A stretch of DNA of 61,650 nucleotides, the filler included, from Sphacelaria rigidula (taxonomy: Eukaryota): assembly GCA_964200075.2 (NCBI GenBank). It is 3 parts of 3 records of this genome, joined end to end, with 100 filler letters (N's around TTAATTAATTAA, not from the genome) between each part and the next. Parts side by side here need not be neighbours in the genome. Positions count along the whole stretch, not along the records: positions 41,177 to 61,650 come from CAXNAA020000525.1; 2 more parts are not named here. One strand, given 5' to 3'. Below, piece by piece: positions 49,166-61,650 of the stretch (positions within the stretch are counted from its first letter, which is position 1; each line of letters opens with the position of its first letter). The translations under genes and the position numbers were made by a program. The notes beneath the pieces were generated by a model. That model saw nothing but the letters and a program-made list of their open reading frames with translations. It ran no database searches and was not told the DNA's origin.

Positions 49166-49654
49166 CAGGGCGTCAAAAAGTGCCTGCGGCGCTGCGGCAG
49201 CGCGGATATTTAAGAGAATCTGCGCGCAGCGCATAGTCCCGACGGGCTTATCTGCGGCTTGCCGCAAAAAAAAATGGTGCCAGAGGCGAGAAACAATTCT
49301 GCGGCCTCCTTGTCGCCGAAGGCGACAAAATATTCTGGGGGAGTCTTTTTATGTGCAGCAAGCATCCGGACAATTTTCGTCCATTTCCGCACAACGTCCC
49401 GTGCCTTGTTCATATTACTCTTTGTATGTGCTACTTTTGTGCGTAAAACAACGTCAAACCACTAAGAATAGGTTTTACCACGTACTAGAACCATTTTTTG
49501 ACTGATTTTGAAGGGTATTTCGGAAGGAAAGACCGAACTTTTCCGCTCCGCAAGGCCCCTCCGGGGAGGGCCAGGGCAGCATTTCTCCTTGCGGCTCTGC
49601 TCTGCTCTGCTCTGCGCAACCGCAGACCGAGCCTCCGGACTTTTTGACGCCCTG
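49166..49654. mobile_element. hAT-type MITE with perfect TIR and TSD
   Basis: 16-bp TIR CAGGGCGTCAAAAAGT / ACTTTTTGACGCCCTG; 8-bp TSD GTTGACAG at 49158-49165 and 49655-49662. Confidence 0.92.
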
Positions 49655-50806
49655 GTTGACAGGGTGACTAGTTGGTTTTAGACCAAACCAGTAGTGTTTG
49701 GCACTTGATCGATTAGATAATCCCTCGAATTTTATTGCTTGATTTGAATGTCAACATCTATATTCGGATCTTCATCGGGGCTGACAGCCCAAACTGCCTC
49801 TCGCGTGCGCAGAACGCATTTTCGCCTGCGACACCGATTGGAGGTCTGCCAACGCACACCTTGCTAGGGCAACCTTTCAAAGGAAGGTCGAGTAGGATAT
49901 ATTCAAATACGGGTTAAATCTCTGCACCCCCCTTCATCGAAAATTCTTGTATGCCGTGGGTTGGGGTTGGGGTTTGTTTTAGGGTTCTTAGTTCGAAAAA
50001 AGTCAACCATAGAGTTTTGACCAAAGCTCAAGGTTTCCCTCTTATTCAGTTTTTGCACATGTTTTGTGGATGTTTCATCATTTCCCCACTTGAAACCTCC
50101 GAAAATTGCACTTGTTTCCGAGGCGATGCTATTTTGTATGTCCACAAGTATCCTCGGGGAGTAAGAGTAGGCTTCTCCGGGAATCGGCATGGCTGCTGCT
50201 TGTTTCATGCAGTTCGACAACCCGGATCTGAATGATGAGGCTGATATTGGATAGACATGGGCCATGTGCACTCACGCTCGCAGACTCATGAAAAGTGCAT
50301 TCGAACTACGTGCTTGAAAGGTGTACAGTATGTAGTCACCACCAGGGGCCAGCGTGACATGATTTTTGAAGTCTTGTTTTTTTTTTTCAACGTCCAGAGC
50401 TCATGGTTGGATCTGCGTGTTTCTCCCCTGTTACCAGCACTTTCATTGTTGTGACCGACGTGATACCCCATCCTTGGGTGCTGTATGTGATGGCTCACGT
50501 GACACCCCCTTTCCTTTGTCTTCTCACGCGAAGGTTGAACGTCGGGAATCGCGAGCTTTGCTCGGCGTACGGAAGCCTCACGTGGGCGGCCCGAGGAGGT
50601 GGATGGGCGCCCGAGCTTCCGCCTCCCGTTCTTGAGCGACAGTCACAACGGTGCTCACGAGTGGTTCACGACTCGGCTTCGTGAGTATTTTTCCCATCTT
50701 CCAGTACCGACTTTGCTGAGATATTTGGCAGGCACTGTCACAACACAGAGCCACAGCTTCCGAGTACAGCGCGGTCTGCAGGCCACGTCTGCCGCCGTGA
50801 TCAGCC

Positions 50807-53303
50807 ATGGTAAAGGCGGGGAAGTCAAAGGGTGGAAAGGGTCCCAAAGGCAGAAGTCCTGGAAATGACAGGTCGGGGACCGTGGGGGTACCGTCGCCGA
50901 CCCGGCGGGTGAAAAAGGGTGCCGGCAAGCGAGGGCGGCGGCTTTGTCACATGGAGGGCTGCACGCTCTGTCCATCGTTTGGTTTCGAGGGCGAGGTAGC
51001 CGTTTCCTGCTCGCACCACAAGGAGTCAGGAATGCGCAACCTCACGGCGCGGCGGTGCCAAGCCCACGGGTGCTTCACGGTGGCCAACTTCGGGCTACCA
51101 GGGGACAAACCTGGATTCTGCGCTGCCCATTCCTCCGCGGGGATGGTTAATCGCAACAAGCCGAGAGGCGGTGAAGGCTTGCTCGGGGGGGTTGGGATTG
51201 GCCGCAGTTCCCGGCGCGCAGCCAAGGCCAACACGGCCATTCAAGGGTTAAGGCTAGCTGTTTCTAAACGTGGAGGTGTTCAAGAGGAAGGGGGCGATCC
51301 AGTATCTGGTATCGGGACGAAATCGTCTTCGTATAGCGGAGCCTTGTCAGGGCCTGACCAGGGGTACATGCAGACGGATGGGGATGGCGGTGGTTCCAGC
51401 CACGTCCACCACGAATCCCTGGATTCGCCGGCGTCGGTTGTGGACACAAGAGCAAGCGCCAATGGACGGCCAAGACTGCTCCTCAGAGACGGTTCGGACG
51501 ATCGTCCCTTCGGCCGGGAGGCATGTGAGATGGAGAGCGGATTTGGTCGCAGCCGCAGCATGAAGGTGAACAAGGACAAGAGGGCACACGCCCCAAGCCG
51601 AGAATCCTCCATGATCTTCATCTCTAGGGGAGAAGATATTCCAGAACCGGATATGGTACCATATTCCAGCGGGAGTTTCAGAGGCGGTCACGGCAAGCAA
51701 AGAGAATTTGTGACGAGCTTTGAAAGCGCCGGGCGCGTGAGAGCAAGGGTAGGTGGCGCGGCCCCCGCGGCCCTGACCACGACCCTAAGCATGCATCTCC
51801 CGCGAGGGCGGGAAGGCGCCGCCGAGCAAGAAGCATATCTGGCGGCGCGCCGCAGTGGCTTGAAGGCGGCGCAAATGGGGCAACCAGTTAACGATACCAT
51901 GCACAGGGCTGGAACAGGGTGTGGGGCTGTAAATGCCGGGTTTCCTGTAGACTTGAGAGGGGAATCCGGCACGGTTGACGGTAGTAAGGGCGTGGCTCCC
52001 ATCGTGGGCGATATGATCACCTCTACTACTACAGGCGATAACCTTGAACCTTACGAAAGTACGGCCAACGACCTCGAGGCGCTTTTGGAAGCGGACGACG
52101 ACGTCGACGAGCTGAAGGATGGAGGGGACCCTCCCCAAGATTTGGCACCAAACGGACTTGGCATCAATCTAGCCCGTGCTCTGCAGTGCGCGCAAGACCT
52201 GAGCGGCAGCTCGGGGAGCGGTGGCAACTTGTGCGATCCTGCTTGGACGCGCCAGGCGGCGAGCGCAGAGCATCGCGGAGGAATCAGACGTGGACAAGAG
52301 TCGGATGCGTTGTCGATGTCCGATGAGGACAACGGGGAAGACTTCAGCGGGCTCGTGAACTTCCCAGGGTTCAGTTCTATGGACCTTGCAAGTCTCGGGA
52401 ATGCCGAAGCCAGTGGCGACGGTAATCGGCGCGCTGGTCACTCCTCTGCGGCCGCCTCACGGCCCACATGTTCGTCGGGGTCAATGGGGATTCTCAACAA
52501 CGGGGGTACGTCGACTGGTCTACCGATCAGCACGGCGCCCTCGCTGTCTCTTTCGGCGATCTCCGCGGGGATGTCCATGAGTGCTCCACTTATTTCCTCG
52601 AACACGGCTGCGTCCGATGCACCTGCCTCAGCTTCCAGTCCCCTTCCCGGAGGGGGGGGCGGCGGCGGCGGTATCGAGGGCGGAGGTTTACCGAATGATG
52701 AGAGTTGGTGGAGTTTGTTTGATGGCGAGGAGTTTGTAGCGATGCCGGCGCCCATCTGGCCTGCCGATTCCGTCGGGGCGGCTGCGGCAGCTGATGCCCC
52801 CTCCGCAAGAGTACCGGAGGACATTCGCGTGTGGCGACCCGGGGCGCCGTCCGCGGCATTGCCACCTTCAAGGAGTGCCGGAGTGCCATCCTTACCTTCC
52901 GGTCTCGGCGGCCGCGGGATTGGAGGTGGCCACGGCAGCGGAGACGGTTGCGGTGGTGACAACGGCGGTTTCGGCGTTGTCCGGAAGGACAGCAAGGATT
53001 CCTTGCAAGGATTGCTTCTCGATCAGCCGAACGACGTCAAGCCGCGCGGGTTGCTGACATCCTCCCCGAGCCCAGTCGGCGACAGCCACCTTAGGATGGT
53101 CGATGGAGGCTTCGTGACGGCAGACAGCAGGTCAACATGCGACCGCGTAGGTTACAACAGGGGCGGTAAGGGGGCTGTGGGCCCTCCCCAGTTCCCGTTT
53201 CTTTCCGGGGGCGGCCCGCTGCCCGGGGAGAGGGATGAGCTGGGACGTACAGACGGGGTACACATGAGCCCAGTGAAAAGGAGACAGCGGCCGCAAAGCA
53301 ATG
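50807..53303 (+). CDS. EsV-1-7 cysteine-rich repeat protein, exon 1
   Basis: Long ORF; two repeats CHMEGCTLCPSFGFEGEVAVSCSHHKESGMRNL and CQAHGCFTVANFGLPGDKPGFCAAHSSAGMVN fit the EsV-1-7 pattern C-x4-C...FG...C-x2-H...GM-x-N; phase-1 donor G|GTGAGA. Confidence 0.88.
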
Positions 53304-53458
53304 GTGAGAAGAGCTTGTGTGTAAGTACTCTCTGTGTCGCCAGAAGATTCAACGAACTCCCTGGCCGAGTTTTGCCATGTCGTGACCCATAAACGTGCTT
53401 GCTGCGTTTCTGTCGTGGATGTCTCCTCTCTGCTCTGTCCGCTGCGCTCTCCGAATAG

Positions 53459-53799
53459 GCACTACAGACCCGCTGTCACCGGTGAGTCATGCGGGCTCGG
53501 AGCTTCGCCATTTAACGCGGGAGTTAGGAGCCAGTGACATGTTCCTGTCTTCGCCGTCCAATGGCTGTTACTCATCGCCGGCAAGGTCCAATGGGAACGT
53601 GGCAGTCAGTGGGCCTGATGTATCTTCGGCATCTGCGGGGCAATCACAGATAATCGAGTCGTCCCCAGCTTACCTGAGTCCTGGCTTGATGAGGCCTAAT
53701 GTGTCGGCTTCGGGGACAATGCAGAATAGGAGCTGGAGTTCTGGGGATCACCCCAGTCCTTCAAAATTCCTTTCCGGAAACCCGTCCGTCAGCACGTGA
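53459..53799 (+). CDS. EsV-1-7 repeat protein, exon 2 (Ser/Pro-rich)
   Basis: Pyrimidine tract with TAG acceptor in phase 1 with the 53303 donor (155-nt intron); ends at TGA 53797-53799 or continues via the overlapping AC|GTGAGT donor. Confidence 0.7.
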
Positions 53800-53953
53800 G
53801 TATTTGTCGCGTGTGCTGTTCGTCGCACGGAAGAAATCCATTGTCGCTTATTCTCGACATTTGTGGGATGTGGGTGTGTGCTGTATAGCGATAGAACGGG
53901 TGAGCAGGGTCAGAATTGTTCGGAGAGGTCGTTCCGTCGCATCTTCCTCGCTA

Positions 53954-55136
53954 CGAGCTGGGCCAACCTAAAAACAGAATTAAGCTCTTGAAGCAATATT
54001 TCATCGACACAGACGAGTCGGGCCATGATACGCATATATATATTTGTATTAATCGTCTAATCAAGAGGAAGGTGCCCATCTGCTCAGACGTTTGGGCCAA
54101 TATTTTCTCGATGGTCTAGTAATTCCTATACCTAGCGGCGATATCGTCCATACTAACATCTATATTAAACCCCGATCGCTGCACTCAGCGGATGACGACG
54201 ATTTTTGTTGTGGACATCCCCTGGAGCACGGGTAAGATGATACATACCCTCACCTTCACCTAATTCATCATGTATCTCGAGATTCGGCGCGCATAAGTCT
54301 CTTTACTAAAATCAACACATTACGAGCAGAGGCACTAGATGCCCTAAATCTAGATATCGCGTCTCAGTTTTTAAGACTTCTGATATGAAATTTCGTACGG
54401 AGAACCGCTAGTGCACATATAGCATAAAAAAAAAACAGTTCTTTTTCAGTTTTTTTTCGGGGTTCTGGGGCAGTTTTGAGGGAAAATGAACACTGCTCCT
54501 CGGCCTTGTGTCGAGGTTTTTGCTCAAATTTTAGAATTGTGATTTAAAACTCAGCATGGAGAACCACAGAGGCATGCTGAAAAAAAAATGGGCTTTGATT
54601 CTTTTGGGAAGGGGGAGAGGTTTTTTTTGGGCGTTCTCGTGAAAAAATGGTCGTTACCATACTAAAACGCCCTAAACCAGTAAAAAATAAGTATTTGCCA
54701 ACGTGACCCGCTTTGTTTGATTAATCATACCCTGGCCATGGCCCATAAAAAGTTTCAATACACCACGCACCAAAAGTGTTCCGGTAAGTGGCCTGCAAAA
54801 TACTGTTCCGAATTTCTACCGACCCTGTGATTAAGCGGACCATTTGTCGGCCAATATTTAGAGTTGGACCCTGAAATTTGGTATGGACAATGAGAAGGGC
54901 ATAGTAAAAACAAACACCAGTGCACACAAGGATTTTTATTTTTTTCCATGGGTTAAGGGCAATAATCAGTTTTCAGGTATCAGTAAAATGCCCTCAACTC
55001 ATGAAACGAAGAAAAAAACTTGTGTGCAGTTTTATTTTTTTCATCATGCGCTGAAAAATTTCAGGGCCCAACTCTAAATATTGGCCGACAAACGAGCCTG
55101 CAGACTAAAAATTCGCTTCTAGACTGGCCCCGCTTG
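53954..55136. mobile_element. TA-flanked non-autonomous DNA transposon, copy 2
   Basis: TA-CGAGCTGGGCC ... GGCCCCGCTTG-TA; shares sequence with 41375-44050; internal inverted repeat at ~54842-55093. Confidence 0.7.
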
Positions 55137-56779
55137 TATTACACCGTACTTCATCTACACAAGAGATGGTTGTGGAGGCACGCTGTGAGATGTCCACCAT
55201 GACAGTGAAAGCGAGGCTAGTCCTTGAAAAGCTCACAAGTGCATTCCACATACTAGCAGTGCACCCCGAAATATAATGTTTTCGCGTCTGGAATATATTC
55301 CCTAGCCATTTTTTCCGAATCACCACGCACAACCAATTTCTTCGGAAAGTGTGGAACATGACGCGAACTGATGTTGCAGTTTATTTGAGCCCTCAGCCTT
55401 GCGTGGAACGGAAGACTTGAAAACGGGAGAATCCTGCAGCTGTAGCTGCATGCGGAGAAGGTAGGGTAGCTGGATACAGTGGTGTGTCGCGGCCACAGAA
55501 GATCAAGTCAAATTTTGAACTAAACAGTTTCGATTGAAAGCGAGTTTTCAGGTTTTTCGCTTACGACGACTGTCTGTTTGATCCTAACCATTGGAAATCG
55601 AGACATGATTACCCGGCACAATTTTCTACGAAATACATACAGTCTACAAGTTTGAACAAGAAAAGGGCTCACCGATCTTTGGAGGTTCTACGAGTGTACA
55701 GCCCCCGGTTCTCGCTCATCGATATTTTCGCCCGACCGAACCGATCGGGATCATTGTAATGCAATGATTTTAGTACCTTCAGCTTTTCATGTTCTCGACA
55801 TTCATTGCGCAACAGGCGAAATAATGTGTTTTGGGGACATATGCGGTCAATAACATCCCCTCGGTAAGCTGGGTTTAGTCCTTATCGTTTCAACAGGAAA
55901 TTGGGGGTTGTGTTGTGAGGACGACCTACTCGTTTTTCCAATTCCTACGGACTCTCAAACTCTCGAGCGAAGGTGGCAAATCATCAGTGAGGAATCCCGA
56001 TCGAGAGAATACCATATTTGAAGTTGAACTATTGTATCTCCCACGCCGAAAGATAGTGAAAACTATCCCGAATATGCTTTTGAAACATTCCACGTGTTGG
56101 AACAATACTTTTTGTAATGAATGTAGTTGCACGCACCCCCTGGATCCCAAACATGAAGTTGCATTGTGGCTTGTCGTCTTTATCTCGATATCGGGCGAAA
56201 ATGTGGTGAAAACCCTTTTCTTCGATGTATGACATGAGTTGTCGCTTTTCCAAGTACACTCACCATTGGTAGCCATGCTATCGCTAGCCTAACATACGCA
56301 TCGCCCTCCTTCTCTGACTCCGCGCTACATTCGCTGTTCATCGGTTGTCGTTCGTTGATCTCTCCCGCCGTTCGTTGTGCAGAATGGCTCGCCCTCTGCA
56401 GTTGACCCCACAATCCACGCCGCCGTGGGGGGGGGGGCGGCTGTGCCCCCCGCACCCCACTCAGACCGCAGGCCGTGCATGACTTCACGACAACCAAGGC
56501 GATATGCTGCTCGTCATGCTGGTCGTTAACTTAAGGAACGAACCATACCGACCGAATTTTGTGAAAGGATCAAAGGGAAGGAGGGCTACGAAGTTAGGCA
56601 ACCTGTGCGGTGCTCCATAGCTGGAAGTGGTTTCAATCAGCAATGCCAAAACGTTGTGGTCCTTATCGCAACCGACGTGTGAGGACCCAGAGGCGGCGGA
56701 GGCGTATCACACCATGTAGGCGGTTGGGTGGCGGTGGTTCGAGAAAATAGGGATGGTAATGATGATGTAAAGATGCGTT

Positions 56780-59700
56780 GAAATGTTAAGTTGAACCTAT
56801 GTAGCCTGTTCTCGCGTTTATCTTGTGTGACTTGTGTCACTCGTGTGACTTGTGTCGTTTCTAGTGCCTTCATTAGGTTAGGTAGACTGACGGTGTATAG
56901 CACCCGCGCGTTCCGTCAATAATGAGATGGAATACCAAAACTATTTTATCCAGCTTTGACCGCTGATTGTCGCCGTTGCGCTCGCTGTAGTGCTGTGTGT
57001 TATATTGTTGATTCAGGTAGGCAAGGTGTTGGAGGATCACGCTTGGGGGCTGAGGAAGACGCCGGCCGTAGTTGCTGCGAATATGCATATTGAACGCTGG
57101 AATAAGACGTGTGTATCCGAAGGAATGAGAGTGGAATGAAGGCAATTTGGTGAAATGAACGGCGGGAGGGGTCGAAGTGTCTCGGCCCATTCGACTGAAT
57201 TTTGTGTAGACGGCACCATGTGCACGTTTTGTTCACGTTTTGTTTGGTGTACGGTACGAGCTATTATGATGTTCATGTCTGGGTAGTTGGGTACACATGT
57301 ACCGCTGGTAGTATTGTCGTTTTCCCATATTGAGCTCTCTCGGATGGGAGCGTGCGCCCCACACGCTTTCCGTGCTTGGTGTGCTTGTTCGGCTCGTATT
57401 CTGTATATCTCTGCTGTCTGTCTCTGATCTCCATTGCGGGTGGCGATCTGATATCCACTGCGTATAGTGCTCAATGTGTGGTCTTGCATATCGATAATTG
57501 TAGTCTCATATCTCATGCTTGCGGTTCGTTTTACGCCTTCCCGGATAACCCGTCGCGGCCTGGGTGGAGAAAAAGAGAAGCAGCAGAGGGAAATATCCGA
57601 GGAAGGACAGTAGTTTGTTGGGCGTGGGTGCCGGTGCGATGGGCCCGCCAAGACGAAGTAAGTGTTGACGTCGAGAGAAACTTGATGATTGTGTTAATGC
57701 TTGGGGTGATGTGGTGAGTGAGACCGTTGCTCGCGTGGGGTGGTTTGGGGTTTTCACGATGATCTTTTGTTTAGAGTCAAGAATCGGGCGAAGGACGAAC
57801 TCGCTCCGATATTGAGGTATGTGGGTTGGATTCCGGCTTTTGCCCGGTTCCTCGGTGACTGCTGTCAGCAGGTCGGGGGAAGGGGACGGGAGGGGGGGGG
57901 GGGAAGTCGAGTGACATTCCGGCTTGGAACCAAATCAAGGGCGTTTTAAATAACATTCCTGATAAGGTCGTTCTCCAAAGAAGATTTTTGTTTTGGTGTT
58001 GTTGCCGTCTCTGACCCGTCTGTCACCAGGGATGGATTGGTCGCTGCTATGAGACTGTACCTTGTCTCGCCTTTGCAATGTGCGCACTGGCGGTTGAAGG
58101 GAATGGGAGCAGAAGGAAGCGACTCGAGGATGCGGTTTTGACCGGCAATGGAGGCTTTTTAATTTTACGGTAGCACGCTGCTGTAACGGTTGCTGCGGCG
58201 TTTAAGGGCAAAGTCGGCCACACGGCTAATTGACGAAAGAGTAGGTGCGGGTGCGTACAGCGAAAAGAGCGCTGTATGACACTTCGCTCGTCGATTTAGA
58301 ATCCGTTAGTATATATTACCCGCTCCGACTGCCATTTGGAAAGGTCAACTAGAAAGTAACGTACTGTAGTGTCGTCGTTGTAGGGGAACGAGTGGCAGTC
58401 CCACATGAGGAATGAAAGAGCTGATTTTTTGTTTTGTTTTATTTAATCTGCGAAGTCTGAGTTGTGTAGAGTAAAACCTCTACGGTACGTTGGGTGAGAT
58501 ACCATAGGTGATATAAAGCGTACCCCAGCATACTATAACAACGCTGACATACTGTATGAACGGATTGGACGAGAGAAATGAAGAAAAAAAAAGATATCTA
58601 GGTCCTACCCGTTTGTAGGTGTTGCTCAGTTGACTTCGAGACTGAGAGTGTCGACCATTTTCTCTGTATGTGTATGCGATCGTTGTGGGTTGCACTAGTC
58701 CCTATTGGCTGCGGCGTCGATAGGACCGAGGATGAATCGGAGGCGAGGAGGGGGGCGGGGCGGGGGGAGGGGGGAGGGGGGTTCGCAGTTTTCGAGTTTT
58801 CGATCTGTGGATGGCATGAAAAAGCATGTAGTACTTGAAATTGACAACGGGAGGCCTTTGAAGGGTTTCCATAGGTGAGTTGTGTTCTGTCAGGGAGAGA
58901 AAAGGGTGATGACAGTGGCATATCTAGCACTGTATACACATTTGTTGTGTCATCATTCATCATTGGGTTTGAGCGTACCCGTAGGTAGGTAGGTGGGTGG
59001 GTACTTTGAATGTGAAATATGCAAAGCTTGTTGGGGTGTGAACAGAGTGGGAAGTGGGGATCCGTCGCCCGGTGTTGTAACCCCCGTTATCCGATTATCG
59101 TTGTGCGTCAAGTACATACATACACTGTTCCGCATCATACGAAGCGGTACAAAGCTCAGTATGAGCAAGGGTGTTGTGCCGTATTAGACAGTACAGTGTG
59201 CAGTATACGAAGGGTGTGCTGTGATGTGGGGGTTGGTACTGCGATGGACAAAAACAGTACGGGGAGTCAAGTATAGTTGTAGTCAAGAGTGTTTGTGCAG
59301 AGACGGGTGAAGTCGTCAGCGTTTCCCCTGCCACATGGCTTGTCGCAACTGTACATACATCATATCGGTGTGCGCGGCTGCCGGTAAGGGTTGGCTGAGT
59401 TCGGCTAGTGCGTCTTCCAGTCAAAGAGTAACCTTCACAAACTTAGATCGAGAGAACAACGTGCCCCTTTCATGGTGCTTAACGACGTACCGTTGCCATG
59501 TCTCGAAATAAAAGCCCCCGGGTGTTCACTTTTTTTTGTCGGGCAAGTTGTTCACTGAGTCGATTTACCGTGTTGTACTGTAGAAGGCAAAAGCAAAAGC
59601 AGCGCCGACGGTGATGACGTCAGCCGGTTGCGAGAGAAAAGGAAGCATTCGTGATCGGTTGGGTCTGACAAAAAGTAATGGGAGTACGAAGTACCATGTT

Positions 59701-60200
59701 GTTGGCGTCCGAGCAAAGGCGTCATACATGCGATGATAATAAACCAAGGCTTTGGTTTTTACTCAGAGCTTGGGCGTGCAGTATTACCCGTTTCACCCCC
59801 ACCCCACGGCCTGCCGTGGCTGCCGACAGTCTCGTGGAGGATGACGATGCTGTACCCATGGTGAGACGTTTCGGCCACTGAAACGATTTCGCGTTTTTTC
59901 GTTCTCGACAAAAGTGATGGCAGTAGCCTAACGTGGTCGAACGGAACAGCCAAGTTGTGGGGTGTCGTTGCGGTTTTGCTTATGTTTGTGTAATGCATAT
60001 AGTGAACAGGGTGGTTGCGCCCTGTACGCCTTCGCATCCCTCCCGCTATTAGTACCGGCGACGGGTAAAAAGGAGGCAACGCATACGCCATGACTGCAGA
60101 GTGGTTGCTGGTGGGGTCAGACACCAACAGGAGGTCACGAGGTATGTGCGCAGCAATGGCGATGGCCTAGCAGGCCGGAACGCCTTTGCTTGCTTGAAGG
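56780..60200 (-). mobile_element. Highly degenerate Ty3/gypsy-like pol relic
   Basis: Broken peptides (APTPNKLLSFLGYFPL, RDRQQRY, QNSVEWAETL, QRSKLDKIV) occur in the order expected for the integrase C-terminus and chromodomain region of brown-algal gypsy elements as I recall them; strong strand skew; no LTRs seen. Confidence 0.4.
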
Positions 60201-60933
60201 TATTGTATCTTTCGCCGAATTGACGATTCTGGACCCCTGACGGAGGATGGGGGTGGGGGCAAGCGACCTGCCGGCGCATGGACTATGGGTTTATTGTAGT
60301 ACGACGCTGCGTCTCGGTGGTCAAACAGGTATACGTATGTCCGTTTTTTTGTGGGTCTGCAATTCTTGCGGAACGCTGGCGCGCTCCCGCTACGTCAAGG
60401 CCCAAGTCTCGCGCGCTCCATTCTCACTGAAATCCAGAAGAACCACGTTACCGTCTGAAGAATTGAGGGAAGACTCCGAATCCAGGATTATTTTTGCGAT
60501 GTCGACCTTTGTCTGACTGGAATATTATCTTTCGACATTTGAGATTACCAGTTCGGGGTATTCAGGACGGGTTTTTCAAAAAGACAATCCGAAAATTGCA
60601 TTTACGCTGTCCAATTCGTGGGGGTAGAAGAACGACGCGGCCGAATCGGGAAAAATACGGCTCCGCGAACGCCAAGTAAATGAAGATTCGGCACTCGGGC
60701 CGACGTGTCGTGATCAATTCATTTGAATATATACCATTACGGGCTAATGCTGTCCCGCTTTTGTTTCGGATGTTTTCGATGTTTCAGCACATGCGAGGCC
60801 TCATAAAGAGTCGAGAATTCAGTGCATGTCACGCACGACTACTACGTAGAAAACATGATCAATGCATTGCTGATGGTGATGTCCAATGTGGAGGTTGGGC
60901 CCATGACTCTTCCAGGGATGAGAGCAGCCGTCC

Positions 60934-61018
60934 CGGGGGGGCGGGGGGCGGTCGGACTCATTTGTTGCTTGCTTTAGTTGTTTGTCATTGACCTCGCATC
61001 CCTTTCGAGACGGAGCAT
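60934..61018 (-). mobile_element. LINE family A 3' tip with C-rich tail
   Basis: G-runs then ACTCATTTGTTGCTTGCTTTAG...CATTGACCTCGCATCCCTTTCGAGACGGAG. Confidence 0.75.
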
Positions 61019-61204
61019 GGGTGATATCCGCCGCTTTGTCCAGTATAGCAAGTTAACAGTGGTGCTCCTGACCATCCTAGGGGTACTTGGTCTGACTATA
61101 CCTCTCATGCGTTCAGAAGCATCGTGTAGTTCGCCCGCAGACGGCTGATATTGTACGTCAAATCACCCCCCCCCCTCCCCCCTCTGAAGTGGCAATGCAG
61201 AAAA

Positions 61205-61452
61205 TGAAGCAACTCATTGAAGGCTGTGACCCAATGCGGGATAATCAGTACCCTTCGGGGCCGAACAATCTTTGAAGGATGCAACTGACTCTTCATGCGA
61301 CTCGCCGAACACATCATCGGCGCTTCCCGCTTGGTGATTGATTGCGAGCCTGGTTTGGCGAAAACCCGGCGTGATCCGTGCAGGCTTTGTAGGGATGCGA
61401 TTTCAATGGTCTTATGACTGTGGCATGCATGACCATGAGTACACCCCACTCC
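61205..61452 (+). mobile_element. C-tailed family B element
   Basis: Aligns with the reverse complement of 5735-5990; ends GCATGCATGACCATGAGTACACCCC. Confidence 0.75.
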
Positions 61453-61650
61453 GGGTGAGGGGAGTTAAGGGTGAACATATGCCCATCTTCTCTTCCAATT
61501 TTCAAATTGGTTGTTGCCTCAGGCTATTCCAGATTCGGCATTGGATTTCTGTGACAGAAAAACAAGCGGAATTTTTCAAGAACTGCTCAAAACGTGACCC
61601 CGTTAAACAGCCGATCATCTATGTTGAGGATGGTGCTTTTCATTGAGGAT

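Noticed and set aside
50807-53392. Endogenous phaeovirus insertion, and the 861-aa ORF as a single-exon gene
   Set aside because: No viral core genes or gene-dense region nearby; a phase-compatible intron at 53304-53458 makes the last ~30 codons of the ORF likely intronic.

Overview
Eukaryotic, intron- and transposon-rich DNA, most likely from a brown alga (Phaeophyceae). That call is an inference from an EsV-1-7 domain gene and the repeat families. The window is not continuous: two artificial 100-bp linkers (44 N + TTAATTAATTAA + 44 N; 20494-20593 and 41077-41176) join three separate contigs. Contig 1 holds a + strand TPR gene whose likely first intron (~14 kb) is a nest of MITEs, SINEs and LINE fragments. 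Contig 2 holds the first three exons of an LMBR1/LMBRD2-like membrane protein gene (- strand), an RTE LINE relic, and scattered + strand exon-like pieces with a Cys-rich segment and an MIU-like ubiquitin-binding motif. Contig 3 holds many DNA-transposon derivatives, a large EsV-1-7 repeat protein gene and a very decayed Ty3/gypsy-like relic. No CRISPR array, rRNA or intact tRNA and no intact autonomous transposon were seen. The most interesting signals are: (i) two related non-LTR retroelement families ending in C-rich rather than A-rich tails, with target-site duplications that begin in C/G runs; (ii) the EsV-1-7 protein with a transcription-regulator-like layout; (iii) a hairpin-rich TIR element with a perfect 34-bp palindrome inside a LINE; (iv) a foldback element built from ~205-bp dyad-containing subrepeats.
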